NCBI RefSeq assembly: GCF_964194155.1
Contig: NC_135881.1
Location: forward strand, 17,236,001-17,300,000
Direction: 5' to 3'
Origin: Cetorhinus maximus
Lineage: Eukaryota
DNA: 64,000 nt
In this document: positions 12,431 to 24,388 of the stretch, piece after piece
Layout: each line of letters starts with the position of its first letter
How positions within the stretch are numbered: the stretch's first letter is position 1
The notes under the pieces: generated by a model
The model's input: only the letters and a program-made list of their open reading frames with translations
What the model was told of the DNA's origin: nothing
Database searches by the model: none
Made by a program: the position numbers and the translations under genes

Positions 12431-13562
12431 CAGGCAGAGTGAGCTGCTGCCACATTTGTTGAACATTTTGGTTTTCTATCCTTAGCTGGCCGGAAGGCCC
12501 CAGCATCTTTTTGGTTCCAGGCATTATTTTTCTTTGATGTGCCTTGATTCATGATAGCTGAATTAAATTGCACTACTTAACATCTGCCCTGCTGGTGGGT
12601 TGATGTTTTGCATGCGCCAAACTGTGCTCAAATACAGAGTCCTAGCGCTAAATGTGCGCATTAGAACCTGCAAAGCACTCCATTCTCCCATGACCTCGGG
12701 CACCTGTACGTAGTATTGAGATTTTTCCCGTCTCCTCACAAAGTCCATGTGCATGGCAACTTGGAAGTAATGTCAAATCTTACCTCAGCAGGGATGTGCT
12801 CATGTCACCCTCTGCTCCCAATGGGGGGGCAGACCTGGCAGAGAGCTCTTACAGGCAGAACCACATAGATGGGCGCAGAGTCAGGAGCAGCATGAGAACA
12901 CCATTTGGCCCCTCGAGATCGCTCCTCCATGCAGACTGATAAGGGAGGATCGTGTTCCTGCCCCCCAATTGCCATTTGCCCACAGTAAACCCATATCCCA
13001 TGACATCTTTATCATGCTGAAGAGTTCAGGGTTACTTTTAAATCCACTCCCTGAGAGTGCCTCACCTGCACTATGGGTTGCTGAGTAGCAAGCACTCTGA
13101 GATGGCCTTAGTGTTAGTGTGAGACCGTGATCAGTCATTCTTGACACCCTAGCCGAGGTAAACATCTTTTCTACATGGACCCTGCACAGCCCTGTTAGAG
13201 CTGCTGATACTTCACATGGATAACCTCATAGTTCCCAGCACGGTCCAGCACACAGGCCTATTCTACTCTCTCTCACCTCATGGACTAAGACGGTGGTAAG
13301 ACCCTTCAATGAGGCCCAATGCACTTTGGTTGCAAACCCTTTATGCGAGGTCTACTGCAACCCTTGATAAGGAGATGAGCAGGCCAAACAAATCTCCGTG
13401 TGAGGTCTGATAAAGGCTTCAGTCAACTGCACACACACCTCTTAAATCCTGCACAAAATCCCTCTAGCAGTCAAAGCTCTTTGCCTCCTTATTTGTAGCC
13501 TTCACCTGCATGTTAGCTCAAAGTGACAAATCAACAAGGAAGGCCATTAACGATTGGACATG
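12318..13562. repeat. Right copy of near-identical inverted repeat (partner 8366-9615)
   Basis: Direct reverse-complement match to 8366-9615. Confidence 0.97.
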
Positions 13563-14136
13563 CCCACCACATCTTTCTCCAAAAGTATAGGGAAACCTCT
13601 GGTTTTCTACTGTTAATAAGTGTAGAGCTTCACTCTTTCAACCCTGAAACTGTATCTAGTGTTCCTTGTCACTCACAATGCATTTTTAGCTCCTACAGCA
13701 CCCTTTGCATCCACCCACATCTCACATCAGGGAAAAAGCAGCAGGAGATGCAATGACCTCACTGACACATTTTCAGAGCTTAGAACATGGTGAGCTGCAA
13801 GTAATAGCTTGCATGCCCAGGCCGCATACTCACAAATGATAGTCAGTGCTTAATCATGCACATGTACGATTATTGTTGATAATGTGAGGGAAGTGAATCT
13901 ATAAGAGTTCATTATCGGTCACTAATGGGGGTCCAAATTCCACATCCCTCATTGAAGCAACGAGCAGCAAGATGAAATCCAGGACACTTCCAAGTAGTGC
14001 AAGTGAACATAAATTTACAAATGTCAGAAGTATATACAATGGTTGTACACATCCAAGCCATCTGTGTGGCTTCAAAACTTCTGAATCTTTTGTTACCTAC
14101 CTCCACGTCTAGGTGCAGCCCCGACATCCACAGCGG

Positions 14137-14512
14137 ATGGGGAGATGGTGGCATTGTGGCGATGTCACTGGGCTAGTACTCCAGTAGGCCCAGGCTAATG
14201 CTCTGAGGACATGGGTACAAATCCCACCAGGGCAGCTGGTGGAATTTTAATTCAGTTCATAAATCTGGAATATAAAGATAGTCGTAGTAATGAAACTATC
14301 ATCGATTGTCATAAAAACCCGTCTGGTTCACTAATTTGCTGAGGGAACAAAACCTCCCATCCTTTCCCAGTCCGGCCTATATGTGATTGCGGACCCCACA
14401 GCATTGTGGCTGACTCTTAACTGCCTCTGTTCAAGGGCAATTAGGGATGGGCAACAAATGCTGGATTTGCCAGTGGCACCCTCATCCCATGAAAGGGTAA
14501 ATTTTTTAAAAG
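14137..14512 (+). mobile_element. tRNA-derived SINE whose 3' tail matches the CR1/L2-group LINE
   Basis: A/B-box-like head (TGGCATTGTGG ... GGTACAAATCC) and tail AAGGGCAATTAGGGATGGGCAACAAATGCTGG; related copies at 40790-41150(-), 55205-55512(+), 58190-58900(-), 63455-63640(+). Confidence 0.85.
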
Positions 14513-16047
14513 GTGGGGGTGGCCTGCTAACGCTATGACCTGTTGACTGTGATGGCTTTGGCAGGCGTCCTCTGGTAGGCCGAGGCTGAGGGGGACACTG
14601 GCATGCTGAGGGTCCTTTGCTTACGCACAGGCGCACCTTCCTTAGCCTGACCTGCTGGAAGCGATGGGATCGCTGGCGGGGGGTTGGGGGAGGAGGGTGT
14701 TAGGCTTCCTGGGTTGAAGGCCCCTGCCCCACCCAGGTGACTGGCTGGCACTCCTTCTTGTGGGTGCCTGATGGCATCTCCCTGACTCCCTGAGGAGGAA
14801 AGGCACCTGGAGGGGGGTCAAGGTGCCTCATTCCCCCCTCTCGCCTAAACGCTGCTGCACTGCACCCACGGCGAGAGCGACGAATTGCAGGCCCGAAAGC
14901 ATATCCAAGGCAGCTGCCGCTCTTTCCATGGAGGCAGCCAAGTGCCCACGTGCCGGAGCCACGATAGCAGGCAGGTGCCTGACTCTCCATCTCCAACAGG
15001 TCTCTCAGGGCCGAATCCAGGTCCTCCTCATCTGCGTGGAGCTGAGCAGGGGCCTGGTCTCCAGCAGTCCTCTGTGTGTCCGAGACCTCGGCTGTCACTG
15101 CCTCCGCCAGCTGTGGGCCTATGTCAGCGATGTGCCCATCAGACTGAAACCCCCAGCTTACTCTGGACCATTGAGGTGAATGTACCGGTGCTGGTGGAGG
15201 GTGCAGGTGAACTCCGTGATGATGCACCCTCTGAGGCTTTTGAGGCATCCTCCTCAAAAGGTGGGATTGGGGGTGGGGCTGGGGGTGTGGCTGGTCAGGG
15301 TCGCTGGCCTCTCTTGTTCCTTGCTGGTACCTGGAACGGAGAAGAGAAAGGTTTAGTGAATGAGTAAGCTGGCTCCTTCATCAAATACACCTCTCAGTGG
15401 GCGGGGCTGACAGCTGCAGACCGGAGGCATCCTCACTGGCTTCCTGGGGGAATCCTATCTCGCCCTCAGCCCAGGCACGATCCTGCTCCTCCCAGGCTCT
15501 CTCCGCAGCCTGCTCCTCACGCAGGGCGAGGACTCAATGACCCGGCATTCCACCTCCTGTCTGGAAGTGCTCCCACTTGTTATGGGCGTTCTCCTCCTTC
15601 AGGAAGACAGAAGAATCAATGGTCACGCCATGAGCAGCTCAGGAGCATGCGCGCCTATGTCAGCTGCTGAGTCCTCTCCTGTAAGAGATTAAGAAACCAG
15701 TCATCCTGCAACTGATAGGAGATTAAGAGCGTGAAGTGGCTGGTACACATTCAGTGCACGTGTCTCATCTGCTGGTGAGTATGCAACCCAAACTCCTGCC
15801 TGACATCCCTGTGCACTCACACACTTAGACTGCCTGATGCCCTTATGAGAGTGTCAGTTTCCAGTGAACAGACGGTGCACTTACCCTGACGGAGTGCAGC
15901 AGAAACGCATCCTCTTCTGACACCGCTGCGCACCTCTGTGCTGGACCCCACGGGCACTAACCTCTGCTGCGACCTCTGTCCAGACCGTGGTCAGCTGGGA
16001 GAGAGTCCTGCAGCCATCCCTGGGAAACTGCACCTCTCGCCTTTCAT

Positions 16048-17575
16048 AATTAGGAGGAGTAGGCCACTCGGCCCCTCAAACTTGCTCCACCATTCAGTAA
16101 GGTCATGGCTGATCTGATTGTAATCTCGACTCCACATACCCACCTCCATCCCAGATTCCTGGCCCCTTTGTTGGTCAAGAATCTATCTAACTCAGCCTTA
16201 CAAATACGAATTGACCCTTCTTTCGCCATTCTCTGGGTAAGAGAGTTCCAAAGACTCAACTCTCAGAAAAAAAATTTCCCCTCATCTCGGTCTTATTTCT
16301 AAACTGTGTCCCTTAGTTCTAGTCTTCTCCCACAAGGGGAAACATCCTTTCAGCACCCAGCCTGTCAAGTCCCCTCTGGATCTTATATGTTTCAATGAGT
16401 TCACATCTCATTCTTCTAAGCTCCAATGGGTACAGACCCAACCTGCCCAACTTTTCCTCGTAAGATAACTCCCCCATCCCAGGTATCGGTCACATGAACC
16501 TTCTCTTAACTGCTTCCTAACGCATTTATATCCCTTCTTAAATAAGGAGACCAAAACAGTGCACGTGGTCTCACCAAGGCCCTGTACAACTGTAGTAAAA
16601 CATCTCTGCTTTTATATTCCATTCCTGTTGCAATAAACAACATTCCATTTGCCTTCCCTAATCATTTGCTGTTCCTGCATACTAACTTTTCCTGATTCAT
16701 GTACCAGGACACCCAGATCCCTCTGTACCTCAGAGTTCCCGCAGTCTCTCTCCATTTAAATAATGTGCTGTTTTTTCTATTCTTCCTGCCAAAGTGGACA
16801 AGTTCACTTTTTCCCGTACTATACTCCATCTGCCAAATTTTTTTGTCCACTCACTTAACCTATCTATGTCCCTGTGCAGGCTCCTTATGTCCTCCTCACA
16901 ATTTACTTTCCCACCTATCCTGGTGTCATCGGCAAATTTAGCAACCATACCTACTGTCCCTTAATCCAAGTCATTGATAAAAAATTGTAATTGGTGGAGA
17001 CCTCAGCACTGATCCCTGTGGCGCTCCACTTGTCACATCTTGTCATCACCGAAAGAGAAACATTTATCCCTCCTCGGTGCTTTCTGTTAGCTAACTAATC
17101 CACTATCCATGCTAATATGTTACCCACTTAACCGTGAGCTCTTATCTTGTGTAGTAACCTTTGATGCGGCACCTTGTCAAATGCCTTCTGGAATCTAAGT
17201 GCACCACATCTGCAGGTTCCCCTTTATACACATTGTTTGTTATTTCCTCAAAGAACTCTACTAAATTAGCCAAACCTGATTTCCTTTTCACAAAGGCACG
17301 TTGGCTCTGCCTGATTATATTGAGATTTTCTAAGGGCCCCGCTATAACCTCCTTAATAACAGATTCCAGCATTTTCCCTATGACAGAGGTTAAACTGACT
17401 GGCCTCCAGTTTCCTGTTTTCTGTCTCCCTCCTTTCATGAATAGAGGAGTCACATTCACTATCTTCCAATCTAATAGGACCTTTCTGAATCTAGGAAATG
17501 TTGGAAAATTAAAATCAGTGTGTATACCAGTTCAGCAGTCAGTTCTTTAAAGACCCTAGGATGGATTTTTTTGGA
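16048..17575 (-). mobile_element. 5'-truncated CR1 LINE inserted in right-arm Myb exon 1
   Basis: HPRVFKE, NVTPLFMKGGRQKTGNWRPVSLTSVIGKMLES, KFADDTRIGG, SLWNSLTQR and a typical CR1 3' tail. Confidence 0.93.
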
Positions 17576-17984
17576 CAGCCCGGGGGATAGTTGGCAGGGA
17601 GGCTCCACTGGACTGTGGGGCCACACGTTGCTGTTTTCTCTGCAGCTTACTGGTTGATGCAGCAAACGGTTCTCCTGGCCTGCAGTGAGTGAACGGCTAT
17701 CCGGGTACAGTTTAAATGTGGCGCACAGGCTTTCGAGCCCATGAGCTAATGGCAGGGGCGGCAACTTCCCGCCCGCCACGAGATTTGCTGTCGGCTGTCC
17801 TGCCTGAGGGGAACTCACTTGCAGTTCCATACCTGCCACCAAACCCAGACTTCACAGCGGATGATGATTCCACCTGTTGTCTGTGAGCACACGGAGGCAT
17901 GCATTCGGAACTGGAGCCCACTCTCTCACCTGGAGCACACACACCAAATTAGCACGTGCACACTGAAGTAGAGCGCAAAAGGCG

Positions 17985-20900
17985 CACACTCGGGGTTAGA
18001 GCGCACGCTCGGGGTTAAAACGCACACTCGGGGTTAGAGCGCACACTCGGGGTTAGAGCGCACACTCGGGGTTAGAGCGCACACTCGGGGTTAGAGTGCA
18101 CACTGAGCTCGAGCGCACACTCTGAAATCAAGTGCACACACTGAGATAGAGTGCACAAAACAAAATAATGTACACACTTTGAACTGCAGCACAAGCTAAA
18201 TTGAAGCCCACACACAAGTACAGCACGCACACACTGAAATAGAGCGCACACACTGAATAGAGCACACACACTGAAGTAGAGCACACACACTGAAGTAGAA
18301 TGCACACACTGAATAGAGCGCACACACTGAAGTAGAGCACACACACTGAAGTAGAGCACACACACTGAAGTAGAGCGCACACACTGAAGTAGAGCGCACA
18401 CACTGAAGTAGAGCGCACACACTGAAGTAGAGCGCACACACTGAAGTAGAGCGCACACACTGAAGTAGAGCGCACACACTGAAGTAGAGCACACACACTG
18501 AAGTAGAGCGCACACACTGAATAGAGCGCACACATTGAAGTAGAGCGCACACACTGAAGTAGAGCGCACACACTGAAGTAGAGCACACACACTGAAGTAG
18601 AGTGCACACACTGAATAGAGCGCACACACTGAAGTAGAGCGCACACACTGAAATATAGCGCACACACTGAATAGAGCGCACACATTGAAGTAGAGCGCAC
18701 ACACTGAAATAGAGCGCACACACTGAGTAGAGCGCACACACTGAAATAGAGCGCACACACTGAAATAGAGTGCACACATTGAAGTAGAGCGCACACACTG
18801 AAATAGAGCGCACACACTGAATAGAGCGCACACACTGAAGTAGAGCGCACACACTGAAGTAGAGCGCACACACTGAAATAGAGCACACACACTGAGTAGA
18901 GCGCGCACACTGAAATAGAGTGCACACACTGAGTAGAGCACACACACTGAAGTAGAGCGCACACACTGAAGTAGAATGCACACACTGAAGTAGAGCGCAC
19001 ACACTGAAGTAGAGCGCACACACTGAATAGAGCACACACACTGAATAGAGCGCACACACTGAAGTAGAGCGCACACACTGAAGTAGAGCGCACACACTGA
19101 ATAGAGCGCACACACTGAAGTAATGCGCTCACACTGAAGTAGAGCACACACACTGAAGTAGAGCACACACACTGAAGTGGAGCGGACACACTGAAGTAGA
19201 ATGCACACACTGAAGTAGAGCGCACACACTGAATAGAGCACACACACTGAAGTAGAGCGCACACACTGAAGTCGAGCGCACACACTGAAGTAGGGCGCAC
19301 ACACTGAATAGAGTGCACACACTGAAGTAGAGCGCACACACTGAAGTAGAGCGCACACATTGAAGTAGAGCGCACACACTGAATAGAGCACACACACTGA
19401 ATAGAGCGCACACACTGAAATAGAGCGCACACACTAAAGTAGAGCGCACACACTGAAGTAGGGCGCACACACTGAATAGAGCGCACACACTGAAGTAGAG
19501 CGCACACACTGAAGTAGAGCGCACACACTGAATAGAGCGCACACACTGAAGTAATGCGCACACACTGAAGTAGAGCGCACACACTGAAGTAGAGCACACA
19601 CACTGAAGTGGAGCGGACACACTGAAGTAGAATGCACACACTGAAGTAGAGCGCACACACTGAATAGAGCACACACACTGAATAGAGCGCACACACTGAA
19701 GTAGAGCGCACACACTGAAGTAGAGCGCACACACTGAATAGAGCGCACACACTAAAGTAGAGCGCACACACTGAAGTAGGGCGCACACACTGAATAGAGC
19801 GCACACACTGAAGTAGAGCGCACACACTGAAGTAGAGCGCACACACTGAATAGAGCGCACACACTGAAGTAATGCGCACACACTGAAGTAGAGCGCACAC
19901 ACTGAAGTAGAGCACACACACTGAAGTGGAGCGGACACACTGAAGTAGAATGCACACACTGAAGTAGAGCGCACACACTGAATAGAGCACACACACTGAA
20001 TAGAGCGCACACACTGAAGTAGAGCGCACACACTGAAGTAGAGCGCACACACTGAATAGAGCGCACACACTGAAGTAATGCGCACACACTGAAGTAGAGC
20101 ACACACACTGAAGTAGAGCACACACACTGAAGTGGAGCGGACACACTGAAGTAGAATGCACACACTGAAGTAGAGCGCACACACTGAATAGAGCACACAC
20201 ACTGAAGTAGAGCGCACACACTGAAGTCGAGCGCACACACTGAAGTCGAGCGCACACACTGAAGTAGGGCGCACACACTGAATAGAGTGCACACACTGAA
20301 GTAGAGCGCACACACTGAAGTAATGCGCACACACTGAAGTAGAGCGCACACACTGAATAGAGCGCACACACTGAAGTAGGGCGCACACACTGCAGTAGGG
20401 CGCACACACTGAATAGAGCGCACACAGTGAAGTAATGCGCACACACTAAAGTAGAGCGCACACACTGAAGTAGGGCGCACACACTGAATAGAGCGCACAC
20501 ACTGAATAGAGCACACACACTGAAGTAGAGCGCACACACTGAAGTAGAGCGCACACACTGAAGTAGAGCGCACACACTGAAGTAGAGCGCGCACACTGAA
20601 TAGAGCGCACACACTGAATAGAGCGCACACACTGAAGTAGGGCGCACACACTGCAGTAGAGCGCACACACTGAATAGAGCACACACACTGAATAGAGCGC
20701 AAACACTGAAGTAGAGCGCACACACTGAATAGAGCACACACACTGAAATAGAGCGCACACACTGAATAGAGCGCACACACTGAAGTACAGCCCATCACAC
20801 TGAAGTAGGGCGCACACACTGAATAGAGCGCACACACTGAATAGAGCGCCCACACTGAATAGAGCGCACACACTGAAATAGAGCACACACACTGAATAGA

Positions 20901-21895
20901 GCACACACACTGAATAGAGCGCACACACTGAAGTAGAGCGCACGTACTGAATAGAGCGCACACACTGAATAGAGCGCACACACTGAAGTGGAGTGCACAC
21001 ACTGAATAGAGCGCACACACTGAATAGAGCACACACACTGAAGTAGAGCGCACACACTGAAGTCGAGCGCACACACTGAATAGAGCGCACACACTGAATA
21101 GAGCGCACACACTGAAGTAGAGCGCACACACTGAAGTGGAGCGCACACACTGAATAGAGCGCACACACTGAATAGAGCGCCCACACTGAATAGAGCGCAC
21201 ACACTGAATAGAGCGCACACACTGAAGTGGAGCGCACACACTGAATAGAGCGCACACACTGAATAGAGCGCACACACTGAATAGAGTGCACACACTGAAT
21301 AGAGCGCACACACTGAATAGAGCGCACACACTGAATAGAGCGCACACACTGAATAGAGCACACACACTGAAGTAGAGCGCACACACTGAAGTGGAGCGCA
21401 CACACTGAATAGAGCGCACACACTGAAATAGAGCACACACACTGAATAGAGCGCACACACTGAAGTGGAGTGCACACATTGAATAGAGCGCACACACTGA
21501 ATAGAGCGCACACACTAAAGTAGGGCGCACACACTGAAGTGGAGCGCACACACTGAAGTAGAGCGCACACACTGAATAGAGCACACACACTGAATAGAGC
21601 GCACACACTGAATAGAGCACGCACACTGAATAGAGCGCACACACTGAATAGAGCGCACACACTGAATAGAGCGCACACACTGAATAGAGCGCACACACTG
21701 AATAGAGCGCGCACACTGAATAGAACGCGCACACTGAATAGAGTGCACACACTGAATTGAGCGCACACACTGAATAGAGCGCACACACTGAATAGAGCAT
21801 GCACACTGAATAGAGCGCACACACTGAATAGAGCGCACACACTCAAGGAGAATGCACACTGTGAGCTAGAGTGCACACACTGAAATCAAGTGCAC
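17985..21895. repeat. 3.9-kb minisatellite, 19-bp CACACACTGAAGTAGAGCG and 18-bp CACACACTGAATAGAGCG units
   Basis: About 200 directly visible units; starts with a 19-bp CACACTCGGGGTTAGAGCG sub-array (17985-18100); degenerate continuation at 24390-24515. Confidence 0.99.
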
Positions 21896-21959
21896 AGAAT
21901 AAAATGGTGAACTAGATCACACACTGAATTACAACACGCATGATGGGGAGTGCACTCAG

Positions 21960-23480
21960 AATCATTGTAGCACAGAAAGTGGCCATTCAGCCCATTGTTT
22001 CTGTGCTGGCTCTCCTAAGGACCAGTTCATGTGCTGCTACTTCCCCACCCCCTCCTCACATTCCTCCTTCTCAGATATTTAGAAAATTTAGAAACATTTC
22101 CAGCACAAAAGGAGGCCACTCTGCCCTGCTTGCTGCTGCCCACCGTAACATGAGCCACCCAGCCTAATCTCACTTTCCAGCACTTGGTCTGTAGCCCTGC
22201 AGACATTTCAGGTGCACACCCAGCCACCTTATAAATGGGTTGAGTGTTTCTGCCTCTTTCAGGTAGAGTTCCAGACCCCCACAACCCTCTGGGTGAAAAT
22301 GTTTTCCTCATCTCCTCTCTAATCTTTCTACCAATCACTTTGAATCTATGCCCCTGGTCACTGACCTCCCTGCTAAAGTAAATAGGACCTCCCCATCCAC
22401 TCTATCCAGGCCCCTCACAACTCTGTACATCTCAGTCAAATCTCCCCTCAGCCTCCTCTGTTCCAAGGAGGGGAACAAGGATTCGAGGAGAAATCTTTTC
22501 ACCCAGAGGGTGGTGGGAGTCTGGAACTCACTGCCTGAAAGGGTGCTTGAGTCAGAAATCCTCATAACATTTAAGAAGTGTTTAGATTTTCACTTGCGTT
22601 GCCGCAGCCCCCAGGGCTATGGGCCAAGTGCTGGAAAATGGGATTAGTGTAGTTGGATGTTTGTCAACCGGCGCGGACACGATGGGCCGAATGGCCTCCT
22701 GTGCTGTAGACGTCTATGAGTCTAACCCCAGCCTATCCAATCTTTCCTCATAGCTGCAATTTTCCAGTCCTGGCAACATCCTCATAAACCTCCTCTGCAC
22801 CCTCTCTAATGCATCCTTCCTGTAAGGTGACCAGAACTGCACAGTAGTGGCCTAACTAGTGTTTTATATAGTTCCACCATAACCCCCCTGCTGTTATATT
22901 CTATGCCTTGGCTCATAAATGAAAGGATTCTTAACCACCTTCTTCGCCACTTTATCGACCTCTCCTACTACCTTCAGGGATCTATGGACGTTCACTCCAA
23001 GGTCTCTCACTTACTCTACACCACTCCGTATCCTCCCACTTATTGAATAATCCTTTACCTTGTTTGACTTCCCCAAATGCCCTCTCTTTGCATTCTTAAT
23101 TTCCTTTGTGATTTCACCACTCCGCTCCCTATACTCCTCCCGACTTTCTGTGCTATTGAGTTCTCGGTGTTTGACACAAGCTTTCCTTCACTGCCTTATC
23201 TTACCCTGTAAGCTCCTTGACACCCAGGGGGCTCTAGATTTGGCTGGCCACTCTTTCTTTGTGAGAACATGTTTACTCTGAACCCCCTGAATCTCCCCTT
23301 TAAATACCTCCCGCTACTCGGACACTGATTTATCTTCAAGTAGCTGTTTCTAGTCCACTTTTGCTAAGTCACTCCTCAGCTCAGTAAAAGTGGCCTTAAG
23401 CCAATTTAGAACTTTAACTTATCTTTGTCCTTTTCCATGATGATGTTAAAACTAACTGAATGATGATCACGACTACCAAA
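21960..23480 (-). mobile_element. Cluster of CR1 fragments, mostly minus strand, with a plus-strand CR1 3' end nested at 22471-22723
   Basis: LFPSLEQRRLRGDLTEMYRVVRGLDRVD on minus; RRNLFTQRVVGVWNSLPERV on plus; the host resumes at AACCCCAGCC (22724). Confidence 0.85.
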
Positions 23481-23489
23481 ATGCTTTTC

Positions 23490-24388
23490 CACTGCACCAC
23501 TCACAACTCCTCAGATACTGAAGCAGTCCATGTCCATATGCAACAAGACCTGGACAATATTCAGGCTTGGGCTGATAAGTGGCAGGTAACATTCACACCA
23601 CACAAGTACCAGGCAACGACCATCTCCAACAAGGGAGAATCTAACCATCGCCCCTTGACAGTCAATGGCACTACCATCACTGAATTCCCCACTATCAACA
23701 TCCTGGGGGTTACCATTGGCGAGCCATATAAATGCATTGGTTACAAGAGGTCAGTGGCCTATAAACTACCCCCACTCACCACACAAGTGAATTCTTGCCT
23801 TTACTGTTTCTTATCTCTACCCAAACTGATTCTAAATCTTGATCTCCAGAATTAAGAGTCCACCATCTACAAGGCACAAGTCAGGAGTGTGATGGAGTAC
23901 TCTCCACTTGCCTGGATGATTGCACCTCCAACAACACTCAAGAAGCTTGACACCGTCCAGGACAAAGCTTGATTGGCACCACATCCACCACCTTAAGCAT
24001 TCACTCCTTCCACCAGCGATGCAAACTGGCAGCAGTGTGTATGAGGTGCACTGCAGCAACTCATGATGCTCCTTCGACAGCACCTTCCACATCTGCAATC
24101 TCTACCGCCTCAAAGGAGGAGGACAGCAGATGCCTGGGAACCCAACACCTGCAAGTTCCCATCCAAGCCACAAACCATCCTGGCTTGGAAATATATCGTC
24201 GAACTTTCACTGTTGCTGGGTCAAAATCCTGGAACTCCCCTCCTAACAGCACTGTAGGTGCTCCTGCAACACTTGAGCTGCAGCGGTTCAAGAAAGTAGC
24301 TCACCACCATCTTCTCAAGGGTAATTAGGGATGGGCAAGAAATGCTGGCCTAGTAAGCAACACCCAAACCCCATGAACAAATAAATAA
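23490..24388 (+). mobile_element. CR1/L2-group LINE 3' fragment
   Basis: SSDTEAVHVHMQQDLDNIQAWADKWQVTF ... QRFKKVAHHHLLKGN* plus family tail. Confidence 0.9.

Larger units (their letters stand above)
13990..17720 (-). pseudogene. Harbinger Myb/SANT-like gene, right arm, decayed and interrupted by CR1 and SINE insertions
   Basis: RVAPQSSGASL (~17600-17630) | CR1 insertion | ERREVQFPRDG..VWTEVAAEVSA..QKRM with GTAAGT donor at ~15883; exon 2 EENAHNKWEHFQTGGGMP (~15545-15600); exon 3 acceptor TTCCAG|GTACCAGCAAG at 15330, matching the left arm. Confidence 0.85.
5443..17875. mobile_element. Giant imperfect palindrome of two mirror-image Harbinger/PIF transposon units
   Basis: Collinear reverse-complement similarity from the ends inward: 5570-5620/17740-17790, 5870-6090/15880-16040 plus 17580-17720, 6617-7600/14530-15330, 7860-8100/13570-13800, 8366-9615/12318-13562, 9620-10250/11745-12310. 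Decayed TIR-like ends TGGAATCCTC (5446-5455) and GATGATTCCA (17863-17872). Confidence 0.88.

Noticed and set aside
8366-13562. Inverted repeat as a pure assembly fold-back artefact
   Set aside because: About 3% differences including indels, and embedding in collinear, more diverged arms with private insertions, argue against it; reads are still needed to exclude it fully.
14137-14235. tRNA genes at SINE heads (also ~55205 and ~63460)
   Set aside because: A/B-box-like motifs continue into SINE bodies; no complete cloverleaf.
5436-17882. Target-site duplication around the giant palindrome
   Set aside because: Flanking triplets at the best TIR alignment (ACT vs GTT) do not match; no TSD can be claimed.
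17985-18100. Telomere-like GGGTTAG in the first sub-array
   Set aside because: One partial hexamer per 19-bp unit, not tandem TTAGGG.
18072-21876. Long Cys-rich minus-strand ORFs (up to 882 aa, SVCALYF repeats)
   Set aside because: All three frames are open because the repeat unit lacks stops on that strand; 18/19-bp unit switching shuffles frames; no start context or splice structure.
17985-21895. CRISPR-like array or RAG signal array (CACACTG resembles the heptamer CACAGTG)
   Set aside because: No unique spacers and no cas genes in a eukaryotic context; no ACAAAAACC nonamer at 12 or 23 bp spacing.
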